Translations under genes and position numbers: made by a program | Virus record (IMG/VR): IMGVR_UViG_3300027128_000012 | Span: 1 to 34,600 of that record | DNA from: a virus | Taxonomy: Duplodnaviria; Caudoviricetes | DNA length: 34,600 nucleotides | Reading direction: 5' to 3' (one strand) | Notes under the pieces: model-generated | Database searches by the model: none | Seen by the model: only the letters and a program-made list of their open reading frames with translations | What the model was told of the DNA's origin: nothing | Shown: positions 33,230 to 34,600 of the stretch, piece by piece | Layout of the letters: each line of letters begins with the position of its first letter | Numbering within the stretch: the stretch's first letter is position 1

Positions 33230-34081
33230 TTATAAAGTACCCACAGGCTTCTTATCGAGAGTTTCCTTTCCAATAAAAGTGCCATAACGACGATCTGGCT
33301 CAACAAATGCTAGTATATGAGTGTCGCCATTAGCCTTGGCTTGCGCTATACGGTGGTTTCCACCATAAACCGTATACTTATCTTCATCTGCATCGTATTT
33401 CACCTCTATAGGCTGTTTAACAGGCTTCCCGTAGTGATATTTTCCATCATCGCTTTCATTATTTGTTGGTGTTGGTTCTAAACCATCTAATTTGTGCATG
33501 GGAACATAACGTTCATATGCAGATGATAAATGACCATCAGCACCACGCTCTAACATACTTTTTTGAGAATACGCATAACTACGAAGTTTCTTTTGTTCTT
33601 CCGCTGATTCCATCAATCCAGTCATTTTTATACTTTCAGGATCAAATGCAATCAAAGAAGTACCCCTACCCTCATGCGTATTAGAATAAGAAACACCATC
33701 ATAACCCTTATCAATCAAACGCTGACGGATTTCTTGATTATATTGTTTACGGTGTTTATATGCCTCATTATGAGTATACTTATCATGCTCATCTTTAGAA
33801 ATCAATTTCTTTTTCAATAATTGATCAGCTATATTATCCGCATGAAAAGAACCAACATCAGTAAGTCTCAATGGATTATAAACCTTTATACGTGCTTTAT
33901 AGATATGGCCTTCACCACTCAATCTATTTTTAAGGACATGTTGTGCTTGATCCTTAGAACCAAAATGTGCGCCCAAATCACCCAATGTTGTGTCAAATTT
34001 ATCAAAATGCTTATTGGTAGCATGATACCAAGTTTTTCCTTCCTGATAATATTCAATCAATAAATCTTTAAAAGTGGCCAT
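33230..34081 (-). CDS. Fusion of ART-PolyVal-like ADP-ribosyltransferase domain and ParB/Srx-like domain
   Basis: WYHAT..FDKF..GAHFG..NPL..GYDGV..AFDPESIK; then PIEV..YTVYGGNHRIAQAK; N-terminus MATFKDLLIE. Confidence 0.75.
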   Translation of the reverse strand: MATFKDLLIEYYQEGKTWYHATNKHFDKFDTTLGDLGAHFGSKDQAQHVLKNRLSGEGHIYKARIKVYNPLRLTDVGSFHADNIADQLLKKKLISKDEHDKYTHNEAYKHRKQYNQEIRQRLIDKGYDGVSYSNTHEGRGTSLIAFDPESIKMTGLMESAEEQKKLRSYAYSQKSMLERGADGHLSSAYERYVPMHKLDGLEPTPTNNESDDGKYHYGKPVKQPIEVKYDADEDKYTVYGGNHRIAQAKANGDTHILAFVEPDRRYGTFIGKETLDKKPVGTL

Positions 34082-34100
34082 ATATCAATCCTTTTTCAAT

Positions 34101-34108
34101 TATTTATA
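34101..34108 (-). promoter_or_regulatory. T4 late promoter TATAAATA
   Basis: Exact T4 late consensus 20 nt upstream of ATG 34081. Confidence 0.75.
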
Positions 34109-34143
34109 TAACCACAATTACGTATTCTCAAAAAGCAATGATG

Positions 34144-34599
34144 TTAACCATTCAGTTCCGCATACATGCGTTTATAATTGTCCTCGTACTTTCTGTTGAA
34201 TCCCATTGTTGATAGCCAATATTCATCCGTTTTATCTTTGTTACTGATGCGTGAAGATAATCTAAGATAGTTTTTGTATATCTCAACTTGGCTTAATCGT
34301 ATCTTCTGAAAATATTCATGACTTATGAATGAACCATGCATGACGCATTCTGTAATAAGCTTCTTCAATATATAACCATGACCATAATGTGAAACAACAA
34401 CTCCACTATCAATCAATGTAGTACACGTTTCTTCAAGTATTTCTAAACGTGTTTTGTTTTCAAGTTCACCAAGTACCAACAAAAGTCTCTGTAAACCAAA
34501 ACCAACATCTATACATGTTCCTAGAGTGTTGACGATATTACCTATCTCAATATTATTCTTATAGAACTCCGTACAGTAACCGCCTATACTACATCCGAC
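34144..34599 (-). CDS. Alanyl-tRNA synthetase-like protein, 3' part (5' end outside window)
   Basis: Frame open from the edge: IGGYCTEFY..IEIGNIV..CIDVGFGLQRL..GHGYILKKLI, resembling AlaRS GPCSEIFY, EIWNLV, IDTGMGLERL, GRGYVLRRII. Confidence 0.75.
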   Translation of the reverse strand, partial: VGCSIGGYCTEFYKNNIEIGNIVNTLGTCIDVGFGLQRLLLVLGELENKTRLEILEETCTTLIDSGVVVSHYGHGYILKKLITECVMHGSFISHEYFQKIRLSQVEIYKNYLRLSSRISNKDKTDEYWLSTMGFNRKYEDNYKRMYAELNG

Positions 34600-34600
34600 C

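Noticed and set aside
1-34600. Stop-codon reassignment or suppressor tRNA
   Set aside because: Long genes read through in the standard code and no tRNA with a CTA/TTA/TCA anticodon was found.

Overview
AT-rich segment of a large T4-like (Tevenvirinae/jumbo-type) dsDNA phage genome, probably infecting a host with sigma70-type promoters. It contains the gp33-gp59-gp32 cluster, tellurite/stress-type genes (TerC/DUF475, two TelA-like, ATP-grasp, cytidylyltransferase-PRTase, Dps-like), an RlaP-like nucleotidyltransferase, a minimal TilS and the 3' part of an AlaRS-like gene. There is a roughly 10-kb minus-strand tRNA region with 15 tRNAs that have a normal anticodon loop plus 2 aberrant ones. Several His-rich late genes carry T4 internal-protein-like N-terminal signals, including four tandem ADP-ribosyltransferases. 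Two unannotated systems stand out. (1) A complete ribosome-dependent transcription attenuator (tandem promoters, 47-codon leader, antiterminator, terminator) sits at the head of the tRNA array, and its leader codons match the tRNAs downstream. (2) Seven copies of a conserved stem-ACAGCAA RNA scaffold carry circularly permuted tRNAs or isolated anticodon loops. All calls were made by eye from the sequence; no database searches or folding programs were run.
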